A stretch of 64,000 nt of DNA from Heterodontus francisci (lineage: Eukaryota), in contig NC_090395.1 in assembly GCF_036365525.1 (NCBI RefSeq), forward strand, positions 61,331,805-61,395,804. The letters run 5' to 3'. Within the stretch, counting starts at the first letter, position 1. Each line of letters begins with the position of its first letter. Both the position numbers and the translations under genes were made by a program. Positions 1 to 11,947 of the stretch are shown here, piece after piece. The notes under the pieces are model-generated. The model had not been told where the DNA came from, did not search any database, and saw nothing but the letters and a program-made list of their open reading frames with translations.

Positions 1-969
1 TACAAGATGGAGGCGTTGTTCTCCAATTTGCCTTGATCTCTGTGGGAAAGCACTTAGCCTTCCCTCTATGTCTCAACCCCCGCAACATCATCAGATTAAG
101 AGATCACCAAGAGAAGTGAAATTATATAGACATTCTAAAACAGTTTACCAACTTGTTAAAATGGCATCAAATGGCACCAGAGGAATTTTTCCCGTTATAT
201 TTATGATGTCATTAAGACAAGGCAACAAGAACCCACACCCTTCTTTGTGCGGGGAATGCTACAAATCCTGTTCTCTACCACTTCATGAAGTAGGGCCGCC
301 CCGAGATCCTGCCCGATCCTCAAGGCGGCCAATTAACATTGCTCATTGAAAGCTCATTTCGGGGCATGTTTTGATTTTGACAGGGCCACACAGGCTGAAT
401 GCGCTGTCTGGGGCAGACCAGCTGAACGGAGGTGGATACATAGCGGGAGCCAATAATGGCCGCCCCAGGGAATTAGCTGGGCCCCACGAAAGGGTGAACG
501 ACGCAGAGTGGGACATAGCCATTAGGAAACAGGTGCCATCGTGTCAGAAAGGAGGAGAGTGGGCTGTAAGTGCCCGGGTAGTGCAGGGGGTTGTCACCCT
601 GCTGGCATTGTGGAGACTTAAGAGGAAGGGCAAGGCTGCCAAGCACAAATAGGGACCACCTGAGCATAAGGAAGCAGCATCTGGCAATGGGGGCACAACT
701 CTCAGATTTTGTTTCCTATGGCGATGAAGAGCAACAACTTCTGCAGGAAGGGCAGAGCCCCGGACATCAAGAGGGCAGAGGATAGGAACCAGGGGCTGGA
801 AGGAGATGGAGGCCATAACCTCAGCCTAGAATCTACTGCTAAAGAAGGAGCAACCTGGAGATGACCAAGGACCAGTGCCAGAGGAGACTGGGACTTTCCG
901 GGGAAATGGTCACAGAGATCTGTGTCCTCATCAGCGAAGACCTCACACCTGGCAACAATGCTTACTAAA

Positions 970-1590
970 CCCTGCCTGTAGCCCTCAAAGTCACTATGGC
1001 CCTGAATTTCTTCACTTCTGGCTCCTCCCAAGGATCACATGCGGACCTTGGTGGCATCTCACAAACGGCTGCACACCACTACATCTCGCAGATCACTGAT
1101 GCCCTATTTGTGAGAGCTGGAGAATACATTCAGTTCCAGACAGATGTGGCCTCTCAAGCAGAGAGGGAAATTATTGGCCAAAAAAGGGCCTCTTCCTGCC
1201 GCCGCTGGCATTTTACCAGTGGCGGGTGCCTCTGTCATGTGAGGACACTGCCCAGTAACTCTAGGCGGCCTCTGTGTGGGCTGGTTGGGGGGGGGGGGGG
1301 GGGGCGGTCCCTCCTCCATGGGCAATCTGATTGGCCTGCAGCTCTTGGAGGCGGGATCCCTGTTCTTAAAGGGACGTGGACCCTGACATTGGGCAGTTAA
1401 TTGCCTGTGTGCCATAAGATGCAGCCAGGGGTCCTCTAAACAGCCGAGGTGGAGTTCTCCGTGCCTTTTGGCCTAGTGTCGGGACCCCCGCTGGTTGCTT
1501 AAAATCCAGCGTGCGGTTCCAGTGCCTGGATTGGTCAGGTGATGCCCTGCAATATACTCCTGCAAGAGTCTAACTCATTGAGGTGGTCTG
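970..1590 (+). pseudogene. HARBI1-like Harbinger transposase remnant (catalytic middle missing)
   Basis: LPVALKVTMALNFFTSGSSQGSHADLGGISQTAAHHYISQITDALFVRAGEYIQF (HTH region), then after a MITE fragment RFQCLDWSGDALQYTPARV*LIEVVC (C-terminal motif). Confidence 0.8.
1170..1511. mobile_element. Harbinger-type MITE fragment inside the transposase
   Basis: GC-rich with a poly-G run, ends in TIR-like taaaatccagc, and shares motifs (ctgattggcctgcagctctt...gcggg) with the MITEs at 61347 and 62145. Confidence 0.6.
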
Positions 1591-1899
1591 CTTATCAGAG
1601 GAAGAGGAGGAACAGGTTGTAGAAGAGGAGAAGAGCAAGAGGAGGTGGAGGAGGAAGAGGCAGAACAATGGAGGTGCCCTGGCTGCACAAAGGAGTGGAC
1701 CAGCCTGGCATGGGGCTGAAGAGTCTCATCAGGATGCCAATGTCAGGGTTCACCTGATCCAGACAAGTTTCGACTGAGCCAAAGAGGCCCATAATCATGA
1801 TGGTGCACTGTCATCCTCCTCGGTGATTGCCTCAGCCCTTGGCTGGCGCTCTAAATGGCTGGAGGGGACCAGCTTCAGCCCAACTGGCATCCCCTCCAG

Positions 1900-3740
1900 A
1901 CATCCCTGCTCCATTAGAGTCAAGGCTATGTGCACTTCCTACATGCCCTCCAACGATGCCGCATCTGGCTCTCCATGAGGTTGGCCACTCTCTCAATGGC
2001 AGAGCTCATGTGCTCAAAGCCCTGAGACATGGCGGTGCACATGAGCTGAATGGACTCCTGCATCCTCAGCCCATGACCCTGCACTGCCTCAGGGAACTCC
2101 GACATGTGGGAGCAAATCTCCTACTGCTGTTCTAGATGGAGACTCATTTCCTGTTACTCCTAAGGCCATGCATCTGTGCCTAGCTAAGCAGGGATGTGTT
2201 GGGTCCTCCATCCTCTGGGGGCTACCCACAACTGGCGCTGCCTCTGGCACCTCCTCCTACACACTAGTGCCATAATTATCACCCATGCCACCCTATCAAA
2301 CCGTGTGCAAGAACCCATTGCGTTGACTGCATCTGCACTGGTGGAGGGTGCGCTTGTAATGTGTGACTGTGCCTCTTCAGAGCTTTGCTGTTGCTGCACA
2401 TGGCCCGGTGGTGCGGCAGATGGTCTAATTGCCTCAACATCAACACAAGAAGGGATCATGAGAACTAGTCTTGGAACGCGGAGCCTTCCAGTGTCTGGTT
2501 TGCTGCCGGATGGGGTGGAGTGCAATGTATCCACTTAATGAACACATTGTACTCTCTAATCACCATCTCCACCCTGGATGCCCATATCACCTTGCCCGAT
2601 TTGCTCTTCATCCGTGACCTTGCATATGTCCATGACACCCTCCTCCATGGTGGTGATAACGTGAAGGTAGGGAAGGCCTCCTCCCATTTGGGCCCTCTCG
2701 TGAGCATTATGTGCCCTTTTCTCCTGCAAGGTCAAAAGAGAGCGTGATAAGGCAGTGCTGATCTCTATTGCCAATGACAGCTACACCAATTCATTTAAAG
2801 CTGCTGAAAGGTCCTCAGTATCACTGTAGCTCTGAGCCTTTGAGGAGTCGGTAAGTGTCCTGGGCACACACTCTACAAGGCACAAGTCAGGAGTGTGATG
2901 GAATACTCTCCACTTGCCTGGATGGGTGGAGCTCCAACAACACTCAAGAAGCTTGACACCATCCAGGACAAAGCAGCAGGCTTGATTAGCACCTCATCCA
3001 CAAACATTCACCCCCTCCACCACTGACGCACAGTGGCAGCAATGTGTACCATCTACAAGATTCACTGCAGCAATGCACCAAGGCTCCTTAAGCAGCACCT
3101 TCCAGACCCGCGACTTCTACCACCTAGAATGACATGGGCATGGGAACACCTCCAAGCCACACATCATCCTGACTTGGAACTATATCGCCGTTCCTTCACT
3201 ATAACTGGGTCAAAATCCTGGAACTCCCTTCCTAACAGCACTGTGGGTGTACCTACCCCACATGGACTGCAGTGGTTCAAGAAGGTAGCTCACCACCACC
3301 TTCTCAAGGGCAATTAGGGATGGGCAATAAATGCTGGCATAATCAGCGATGCCCACATCACACGAACGGATAAGAAAAAAAATCACTCCTCCCATGTTCA
3401 AGAGGAGCAAGTACCCTCAGGCTCCTCAGCTGGTGTGTCTGCTAGAGGGTGAGTACCCAGAGGCCTATCCTGAGGGTTGGGGCTTGCACTCACCTTCAGC
3501 AAGGTGATCATTGAACCTCTTCTAGATCCAACTTCTGCACACCACACTGCTTCTGCTGACTGTGTCAGCGATCTCCGTCCAGGTCTGCTTTATCTGGGTG
3601 AGTGGCCTCCTCTTGCCACCCTCCGGGAAGAGGACCTCCCTCCTCTCCCTTATTTCCTCGAGTCGGACCTCCAGGTCCAGATCGGAGAATCGAAGGACTG
3701 CCCTTTCCCGGGTTCCAGGCCTCCACCTCTCCTGAGACAT
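1900..3740 (-). pseudogene. Harbinger-associated Myb/SANT-like DNA-binding protein gene remnant, intron-containing
   Basis: ATG 3740: MSQERW...RFSDLDLEVRLEEIRERREVLFP...WTEIADTV...RSW. Donor gtgagt at 3493-3488. Acceptor cttgcag then EKRAHNAHERAQMGGG from 2723, the usual ...ERxxTGGG motif of these proteins. The 3' boundary is approximate. Confidence 0.75.
2866..3382 (+). mobile_element. 3' end of a CR1/L2-superclade LINE, inserted in the Myb gene intron
   Basis: YKAQVRSVMEYSPLAW...KKLDTIQDKAA...SKSWNSLP...FKKVAHHHLLKGN*, then 3' UTR gggcaattagggatgggcaataaatgctggc and an A-rich tail. Confidence 0.8.
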
Positions 3741-4854
3741 TCTTTTATTTGAAGATTCAGTGATGTTCAAGACTGGTGGTGAAGCTGTGAAACAGCAGCC
3801 ACAGTAATGGCTGCCATGGTCTGTTTAAATTGGGCCCACACTTGCACAGTCCCCCCTCCGTTCCCACCCTCACGGCTACTAATGAGCCCCAAACTCGTCT
3901 CCATGCTGATTAAGGGAGTGCCCCCGTCAAAGTTGGGGCCGATGACTGCTCCCCCCAAGGGGCAGGTTTGGGACCCAGAAACGGTCCCGACTTCTGTTTC
4001 CCACCCCCGAAGGAAAGTCCTGCCTTCTTGCAATAACTCCTTTGGCAGTAACTGTTTTTTTTTCAAAAAAGAGAGTCTGCTCTTGATTTGGAGTCTTACT
4101 TCATGGGACTGAAAAATTGGGAGTCTTACGAATTGGGCATGCTAACCTTCATACCAAATTCTCTAATGCAATTATTCACCTCCAAGACTCTGTGCCATGA
4201 AAATAGTCTTCAAAGATTCACTGTCCTGTCAGATTCAATGTTGATTGGCAATAACTGTTACAGTTTGAGTACAATCCTAAACTTTTTCTAATGTTCCCAG
4301 GCTGACTGCAGTTTCCATCAGTAGACACTGTCCTTTATGGACCAGACCTGTGTCGATATTATTTGTTGGATATGGACGAAGTTTAGCCATTAACCCCAAA
4401 TTTAAGTAAATTATTTACTGGAGCAAACATGGGATGTCCACAACATTCTTCCATCGTCTAGGAAAGATGGAGAAATAAAATGCCATTTGACCACTATACA
4501 TCCGAGATTATTGTCCAAATTTATTTATGTATTTAGTATATATATAGGAACAGAAAGAAATAACAGGGGACTAATGCAGTGCAACAATCAAACTTACAAA
4601 ATGCTAATTTTTTTCAAGTCCATAATTCTCAAAGCCTTTCTCAGCACATTTTGGTGGCATAACCCTTTATAATGGTTACTTACTAAGCTCCTATTCCTCT
4701 GAATGTGGGTGAGGGTTGGGCAGGATATTAAATCTTGGGATCAGTTAGGTTCTTGTTGCTCCCAGCTCCACATTCAGCTATTTTAACAAAACCTTCCTTA
4801 ATGGCGGTGGCCTGTAACAGTCCCTTTCTGGACTGTCAGTTGGCCACAAATAGA

Positions 4855-5013
4855 ATAAAAACAGAAAGGGACATCAGTTTTGATAAAAGGTCACAGACCT
4901 GAAAAGTTTACTCGGTTTCTCTCTCCACAGATGCTGCCAGACCTGCTGAGTATTTCCAGCACTTTCTGTTTTTATTTCAGATTTCCGGCATCGGCAGTAT
5001 TTTGCTTTTATTT
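4855..5013 (+). mobile_element. Penelope-like element 3' terminal repeat fragment with degenerate hammerhead
   Basis: Matches the terminus at 17094-17233 (ccacagatgctgccagacctgctgagt...gtattttgcttttatt). Short inverted arm aataaaaacagaaag at about 4855. Confidence 0.7.
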
Positions 5014-6198
5014 TAGGCCACATATAGACCTGGTTGGGGAAGTGACAGCGGCATTAGGCCCTTTGAATATGCAAATACGGGTTCTAACATCTGTTTCAGG
5101 CATGGGCTCCAGATGACTTTTTTTGCTCAAAACAATATGGTGAATGGCACACTCCAGCGCGTGTTTCCTGTCTGCTATATTGGAGGCTTAGGCACCCGTT
5201 TAGCGCCAGGAAAAACATCAGGTGCCATCTAATTTCTCGGCCAAACTTTCATTGTGCTACTTTAGTTTAATTTGCAGCAAAGCCCTGAATCACTGTACAA
5301 CTACCTTCCCTGCATTTTAAAGGAGGCATTTTATGAGCTGCACAAAACAATCTTTCAGGGAGCTTCGTTTGAACCAAAGGTGGTACTTTCTCATGGCTCT
5401 TTGAAAGTGAGATACTTATCGAATAAACAAAAGCTGGATTTTAAACCTTTTTTTAAAAAATGAGGAATATACTTCCTTTCTGCGAAATTACTTATCGGCA
5501 GGACATATGAAAACAGGATAAAGTCATGACCGTACAGGAAAAGTAAACACTGGATTAAGTATTCTGTGGAAGCATAAGGAAGCCTTTGAAGGTCTGTTCT
5601 TCTGCAGTGCATACTTTATAACCTGTTCAATACTTCTGAGAAATGATCCAGTCACAAAGAGATATCCAAAAGACCAAGGTCTTTTACCTAAAAAAGCCCG
5701 TTAACTTTTTATGCTCATGAAGATTGTAGAATCAAAGAATGTTTGAAATGCCAACTTTGCTGGTGTTCTTGGGTTTCAATTGTGTGTTGTAAAAGCTTCT
5801 TCACAATGAGCTATAGCTGCCTCCTCCAAGATTATATTGTCCTTCAGGTATAATGAGAACTCGGATGTCGAAAAAAATGATCTGTAGTATGATGAAGCAA
5901 AGAGTTTTTCTTATCTAGCATAGTACATTTCATCAACAGAGAACTCCAGCACAGTATGAATTTGGAATATCAGAGTTAATGGTGCAAACTGACCAAAAAG
6001 TCAGTAATTACGGACCAAGAACGGTTACACATTCTTCACAGAACTTGCACAGTTGCAACAAATTATAAATTGTAACAGTGCATTTTATACATTTCATTAT
6101 ACTAATTAGAGACTGTTACTAGGTGAAGGTTTTACAAAATAAAGTGACGCTCACCTGAATCAGATATCTGAAAAATAAGGGCCTGCATGTCATGGAGG

Positions 6199-6759
6199 CA
6201 TAGAGTCATTTACAGAAGGTGACCATTCGGCCCATTGAGTCCATGCCGGCTGTCCATGAAGCAATCCAGTCAGTCCCACTCCCCCGCTCAATCCGTGTAG
6301 CCTTGAAAGATTATTTTGTTCAAGTGGCCATCCAATTTCCTTTTGAAATCATTGATTGTTTCCGCTTCCACCACTCTTGTTTGCAGCGAGTTCCAGGTCA
6401 TTACCACTCACTGAGTAAAAAAGTTCTTCCCCACATTTCCCCCACATCTCTTGCCCAAAACCTTTAATCTGTGTTCCCTAGTCCTTGTACCATCAGTTAA
6501 TGGAACAGTTTTTCCTTGTCAAATGTATCTGAACCTATCATAATCTTGTACATCTCTATCAAATCTCCCCTCAATCTCTTTTGCTCCAAGGGAACAATCC
6601 CAGCTTCTCCAACCTAACCTTGTAAGTAAAATCCCCCATCCCTCGAACCATTCCCTCTCAAGGACCCTCACATACTTCCTAAAGTGTGGTGCCAGAGCGG
6701 GGCCTAACCAGAGCTTTATAAAGGTTCAACATAACTTCCCTGCTTTTGTACTCAATGCC
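6199..6759 (-). mobile_element. CR1 LINE 3' fragment
   Basis: Reverse complement of the RT C-terminus (ctctatcaaatctcccctcaatct = RLRGDLIE) and the CR1 3' hairpin ccattcggccc. Confidence 0.75.
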
Positions 6760-6992
6760 ATTTATATAGCATCTTCAATGCAGTTAAGTGTTCTGAAGTG
6801 CTTCACAACAGGGTAATCAGCCAAAAATTGGCACTGAGAGTAAAAAGGAGACATTAGGACAAGTGACCAAAAGCTTGGTCAAAGAGGTAGATTTTAAGAA
6901 GAGTTTTAAAAGAGAAAAGTGGAGAGATGGAGAGATTTAGGGAGGAAATACCAGACTTTAATGTTGAGATGGCTGAAGACATGACCATCAGT
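6760..6992 (-). mobile_element. L2 LINE 3' fragment
   Basis: Tail atttatatagc and the motif gaccaaaagcttggtcaaagaggtag shared with 18240 and 31120. Confidence 0.65.
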
Positions 6993-8821
6993 GCAACATT
7001 TTTCTTTTATTCATATTACTCTGTCCATCTTAAGTTATTTATCAAAAACAAATAAAATCATTTGAGTTACAACACTGTTCTGATTCTGCCGCGTTGCTAT
7101 TCCTTGTTATTCAAGCAGTATATGACATAAGTTGGCATGTGTACCACGAATAGTAACACATCAAGAGATTCAAATTAAATGAAATCAAAATATCTGCCCA
7201 AGCTTTGCTTAGAGTTCATAGCATCACCTGAACCCTTGCTATGTTACTGATTTGAAACACATTTTTAGTTTTATGTTTTGGCAACCTAACCCACTCAAAT
7301 CATATTTATAAGATATTTAGAAATGTCAACATGAGCAAAGTTTTCTAATTAAAATAGACAATAATTACATGGAGCTCTCCATTAGTAACATTTTACAATC
7401 TGACCACACCCTTTTATAGAACTGTTCAGACATTAGTAAAGTAATTTTTGTCACACTTCTGGGAGAAATTTGAGACGACAGTTAAGGTTATCCCTTAAAC
7501 TGGAAACAGAAGTGCACCCAAAGAGGTTAAACTCAGTACTGTCATTTGTTCCATCTCCTTTAACACACCTGCTTTACCAATTATGCATGGAAATCTGTTG
7601 AAGTTTTATATTGCAATATGATTAAACTCAGAGCTTGAGCTTGCTTTAAAACATACAGGTCCAAAACTTACTGACTGTTTTCAGAAAAGTCTTCACAACC
7701 TATCTCCCAACGACTATAAAAAGGAGAATTGAAATACAGCTTTAATAACATATTAAACTATCGAGGTGTTCTTTTGCCTGAAAGTAAGTACCTTTGTCTA
7801 TAAATTAAAAGAATTTGCTGAGCATTATTGCATTTCTTGAATTTAATTTAAATTAATTCAGATCGGAAGGTAATGCCCGTTTGTTAATTAATCTATCTTT
7901 GAAATTATTAATGATTTGGAAGACAATCAAAGATCATTGCGATTAAGAAAATCCACAGAATAGAGTTTGACTTTGTAGTCTGCAATAATATTCTTTAATT
8001 TTGCAAAATATAATAAATCCTTACAGAACTTGCCCATTAATTTGATGGAAAATGTAAGTCAGCTTATGGTTCTTCAATACTGGAGATCTTTAGATGTGTA
8101 GATTGTAACCCTTGGCATGTAGGTGCACTTGAGAAAAACCGGTTATAAATAAAGTTTCTCACTTTAATATCGAATCCTGAGGTGAATCAGTAGAAAATAA
8201 AGAGTGAGAAAAGCTATAAAAAAAGAGACTATGTATTTGATTGATTGATCATGGACGGATGCCTCAATGAATTCTGTAATACCCTGCAATCCACTCTTAT
8301 CTGCATGAAGGGAACCAAATAAATAGCATTGGCGCCTGGCAATTCTGCAGTGACTGGTTAATGCAGCCAATGTTTACTCAGAAACCTGATTAAACTGCTC
8401 CAATTTGACATTTGTGGGCCATCTTTCTACCTGTGCTTGACAGCATTAGTTTTCAGTTAGAATTAACCTTTGATAACTACAGACAGAGCTCCAAATTTTG
8501 TTAATCCCTGCTACTTTAACATTAACTCTATAAAGTTTATGCTGTGGTGAATATGATTGTTCCCATTAAGACAAAATGTGAAAAATAATAGTTATTACTT
8601 ATAATATGCAGTGTAAATACAAAGAGATTTGTGTTCGATTCTACCCCTATACTCACACAATTGTGCTATTGGAAACAAGTGAAATCTTGAAGTTTTTAAA
8701 TGAGTCACAACTCTTTAAAGACTATTTTTAAATTGCATGCATAAAAAAAAAGACAAAAAATTGAATCTGGCATGATGATAATTTCAGAACAATTAGACCG
8801 GCGCTTTGAAATTATAAGTTC

Positions 8822-9055
8822 TCTGGTTGTTGCCCGTGCCACGTGATAGCGAAGCGAGGAATAGGGAGAGAGAGGAGTTGAACACGTGGCTGCAGGGATG
8901 GTGCAGGAGGGAGGGTTTTGGTTTCCTGGATAACTGGGGCTCTTTCTGGGGTAGGTGGGACCTCTACAAACAGGATGGTCTTCACCTGAACCAGAGGGGT
9001 ACCAATATCCTGGGGGGGGAGATTTTCTAGTGCTCTTCGGGGGGGTTTAAACTAA
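8822..9055 (+). pseudogene. CR1 ORF1 C-terminus (SGNH esterase-like)
   Basis: LLPVPR...LNTWLQGWCRREGFGFLDNWGSFWGRWDLYKQDGLHLN, with an apparent frameshift in the G-run at about 9012-9019. Confidence 0.85.
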
Positions 9056-11947
9056 TTCAGCAGGGGGATGGGAACCTAAATTGTAGTGCCAGTGGACAGG
9101 ATGTTGAGAGTATTGAGGTCAGGGATAAGGTTACAAGGACGCAAGAGGGCACTGGCAAGCAAGAACCTGGTTTAAAGTGTGTCTACTTCAACGCCAGGAG
9201 CATCCAGAATAAGGTGGGTGAGCTTGCAGCATGGGTTGGTACCTGGGATCTCGATGTAGTGGCCATTTCGGAGACATGGGTAGATCAGGGGCAGGAATGG
9301 ATGTTGCAGGTTCCGGGATTTAGATGTTTCAGTAAGAACAGAGAAGATGGTAAAAGAGGGGGGGGGGGGGGTGTGGCATTGTTAATCAAGGAGAGTATTA
9401 CAGCGACAGAAAGGACGTTTGAGGACTCGTCTACTGAGGTAGTATGGGCCGAGGTTAGAAACAGGAGAGGTGAGGTCACCCTGTTGGGAGTCTTTTATAG
9501 ACCTCCAAATAGTTCCAGAGATGTAGAGGAAAGGATAGCGAAGATGATTCTCGACAGGAGCGAGAGTAACAGGGTAGTTGTTATGGGGGATTTTAACTTT
9601 CCAAATATCGACTGGAAATACTATAGTTCGAGTACTTTAGATGGGTCAGTTTTTGTCCAGTGTGTGCAGGAGGGTTTTCTGACACAGTATGTAGACAGGC
9701 CAACCAGGGGCGATGCCACATTGGATTTGGTACTGGGTAATGAACCCGGCCAGGTGTTAGATTTAGATGTAGGTGAGCACTTTGGTGATAGTGATCACAA
9801 TTCGGTTAGGTTTACCTTAGCGATGGGCAGGGACAGGTATATACCGCAGGGCAAGAATTATAGCTGGGGGAAAGGAAATTATGATGCGATTAGGCAAGAT
9901 TTAGGATGCGTAGGATGGGGAAGGAAACTGCAGGGGATGGGAACAATCGAAATGTGGAGCTTATTCAAAGAGCAGCTACTGCGTGTCCTTGATAAGTATG
10001 TACCTGTGAGGCAGGGAGGAAGTTGTCGAGCGAGGGAGGGAGCCGTGGTTTACTAAAGAAGTTGAAGCGCTTGTCAAGAGGAAGAAGAAGGCTTTTGTTA
10101 GGATGAGACGTGAAGGCTCAGTTAGGGCGCTTGAGAGTTACAAGCTAGCCAGGAAGGATCTAAAGGGAGAGCTAAGAAGAGCAAGGAGAGGACACGAGAA
10201 GTCATTGGCGGATAGGATCAGGGAAAACCCTAAGGCTTTCTATAGGTATATCAGGAATAAAAGAATGACTAGAGTTAGATTAGGGCCAATGAAGGATAGT
10301 AGTGGGAAGTTGTGTGTGGAATCAGAGGAGATAGGGGAAGTGTTAAATGAATATTTTGCGTCAGTATTTACAGTAGAGAAAGAAAATGTTGTCGAGGAGA
10401 ATACTGAGATTCAGGCTACTAGGCGAGATGGGATTGAGGTTCACAAGGAGGAGGTGTTATCAATTTTGGAAAGTGTGAAAATAGATAAGTCCCCTGGGCC
10501 AGATGGGATTTATCCTAGGATTCTCTGGGAAGCTAGGGAGGAGATTGCAGAGCCTTTGTCCTTGATCTTTATGGCGTCATCGTCGACAGGAATAGTGCCG
10601 GAAGACTGGAGGATAGCAAATGTTGTCCCCTTGTTCAAGAAGGGGAGTAGAGACAGCCCTGGTAATTATAGACCTGTGAGCCTTACTTCGGTTGTGGGTA
10701 AAATGTTGGAAAAGGTTATAAGAGACAGGATGTATAATCATCTTGAAAAGAATAAGTTCATTAGCGATAGTCAGCACGGTTTTGTGACGGGTAGGTCGTG
10801 CCTCACAAACCTTATTGAGTTTTTCGAGAAGGTGACCAAACAGGTGGATGAGGGTAAAGCAGTGGATGTGGTGTATATGGATTTCAGTAAGGCGTTTGAT
10901 AAAGTTCCCCATGGTAGGCTATTGCAGAAAATACGGAAGTATGGGATTGAAGGTGATTTAGAGCTTTGGATCAGAAATTGGCTAGCTGAAAGAAGACAGA
11001 GGGTGGTGGTTGATGGCAAATGTTCATCCTGGAGTTTAGTTACTAGTGGTGTACCGTAAGGATCTGTTTTGGGGCCACTGCTGTTTGTCATTTTTATAAA
11101 TGACCTGGAAGAGGGTGTAGAAGGGTGGGTTAGTAAATTTGCGGATGACACTAAGGTCGGTGGAGTTGTGGATAGTGCCGAAGGATGTTGTAGGGTACAG
11201 AGGGACATAGATAGGCTGCAGAGCTGGGCAGAGACATGGCAAATGGAGTTTAATGCGGAAAAGTGCGAGGTGATTCACTTTGGAAGGAGTAACAGGAATG
11301 CAGTGTACTGGGCTAATGGGAAGATTCTTGGTAGTGTAGATGAACAGAGAGATCTTGGTGTCCAGGTGCATAAATCCCTGAAGGTTGCTACCCAGGTTAA
11401 TAGGGCTGTTAAGAAGGCATATGGTGTGTTAGCTTTTATTAGTAGGGGGATCGAGTTTCGGAGCCACGATGTCATGCTGCAGCTGTACAAAACTCTGGTG
11501 AGACCGCACCTGGAGTATTGTGTGCAGTTCTGGTCACCGCATTATAGGAAGGATGTGGAAGCTATGGAAAGGGTGCAGAGGAGATTTACTAGGATGTTGC
11601 CTGGTATGGAGGGAAGGTCTTATGAGGAAAGGCTGAGGGACTTGAGGTTGTTTTCGTTGGAGAGAAGGAGGAGGAGAGGTGACTTAATAGAGACATACAA
11701 GATAATCAGAGGGTTAGATAGGGTGGATAGTGAGAGTCTTTTTCCTTGGATGGTGATGGCAAACACGAGGGGACATAGCTTTAAGTTGAGGGGTGATAGA
11801 TATAGGACAGATGTCAGAGGTAGTTTCTTTACTCAGAGAGTAGTAAAGGCGTGGAACGCCCTGCCTGCAAAAGTAGTAGACTCGCCAACTTTAAGGGCAT
11901 TTAAGTGGTCATTGGATAGACATATGGATGAAAATGGAATAGTGTAG
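9056..11947 (+). pseudogene. CR1 ORF2 (AP endonuclease + reverse transcriptase), two disablements
   Basis: ORFs 9214-10056, 10103-11059 and 11069-11947 are collinear parts of one ORF2. Frameshift at about 10033-10040 (agggaggg duplication) and a TAA at 11057-11059 replacing Q of GVPQGS. Confidence 0.92.

Larger units (their letters stand above)
178..4024. mobile_element. Decayed Harbinger/PIF DNA transposon with convergent transposase and Myb/SANT genes
   Basis: Transposase remnants on + (about 970-1170 and 1511-1590) and a Myb/SANT-like gene on - (3740 down to about 1900). Degenerate terminal repeats: agaggaatttttccc at about 179 and ggaaagtcctgcc ending 4024. The left boundary is approximate. 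Confidence 0.75.

Noticed and set aside
4301-4404. Possible + strand exon (ttcccag...aa|gtaaat) with one open frame
   Set aside because: Weak donor, no recognisable homology and no partner exons.
10577-11490. Overlapping minus-strand ORFs
   Set aside because: Antisense shadows of CR1 ORF2.
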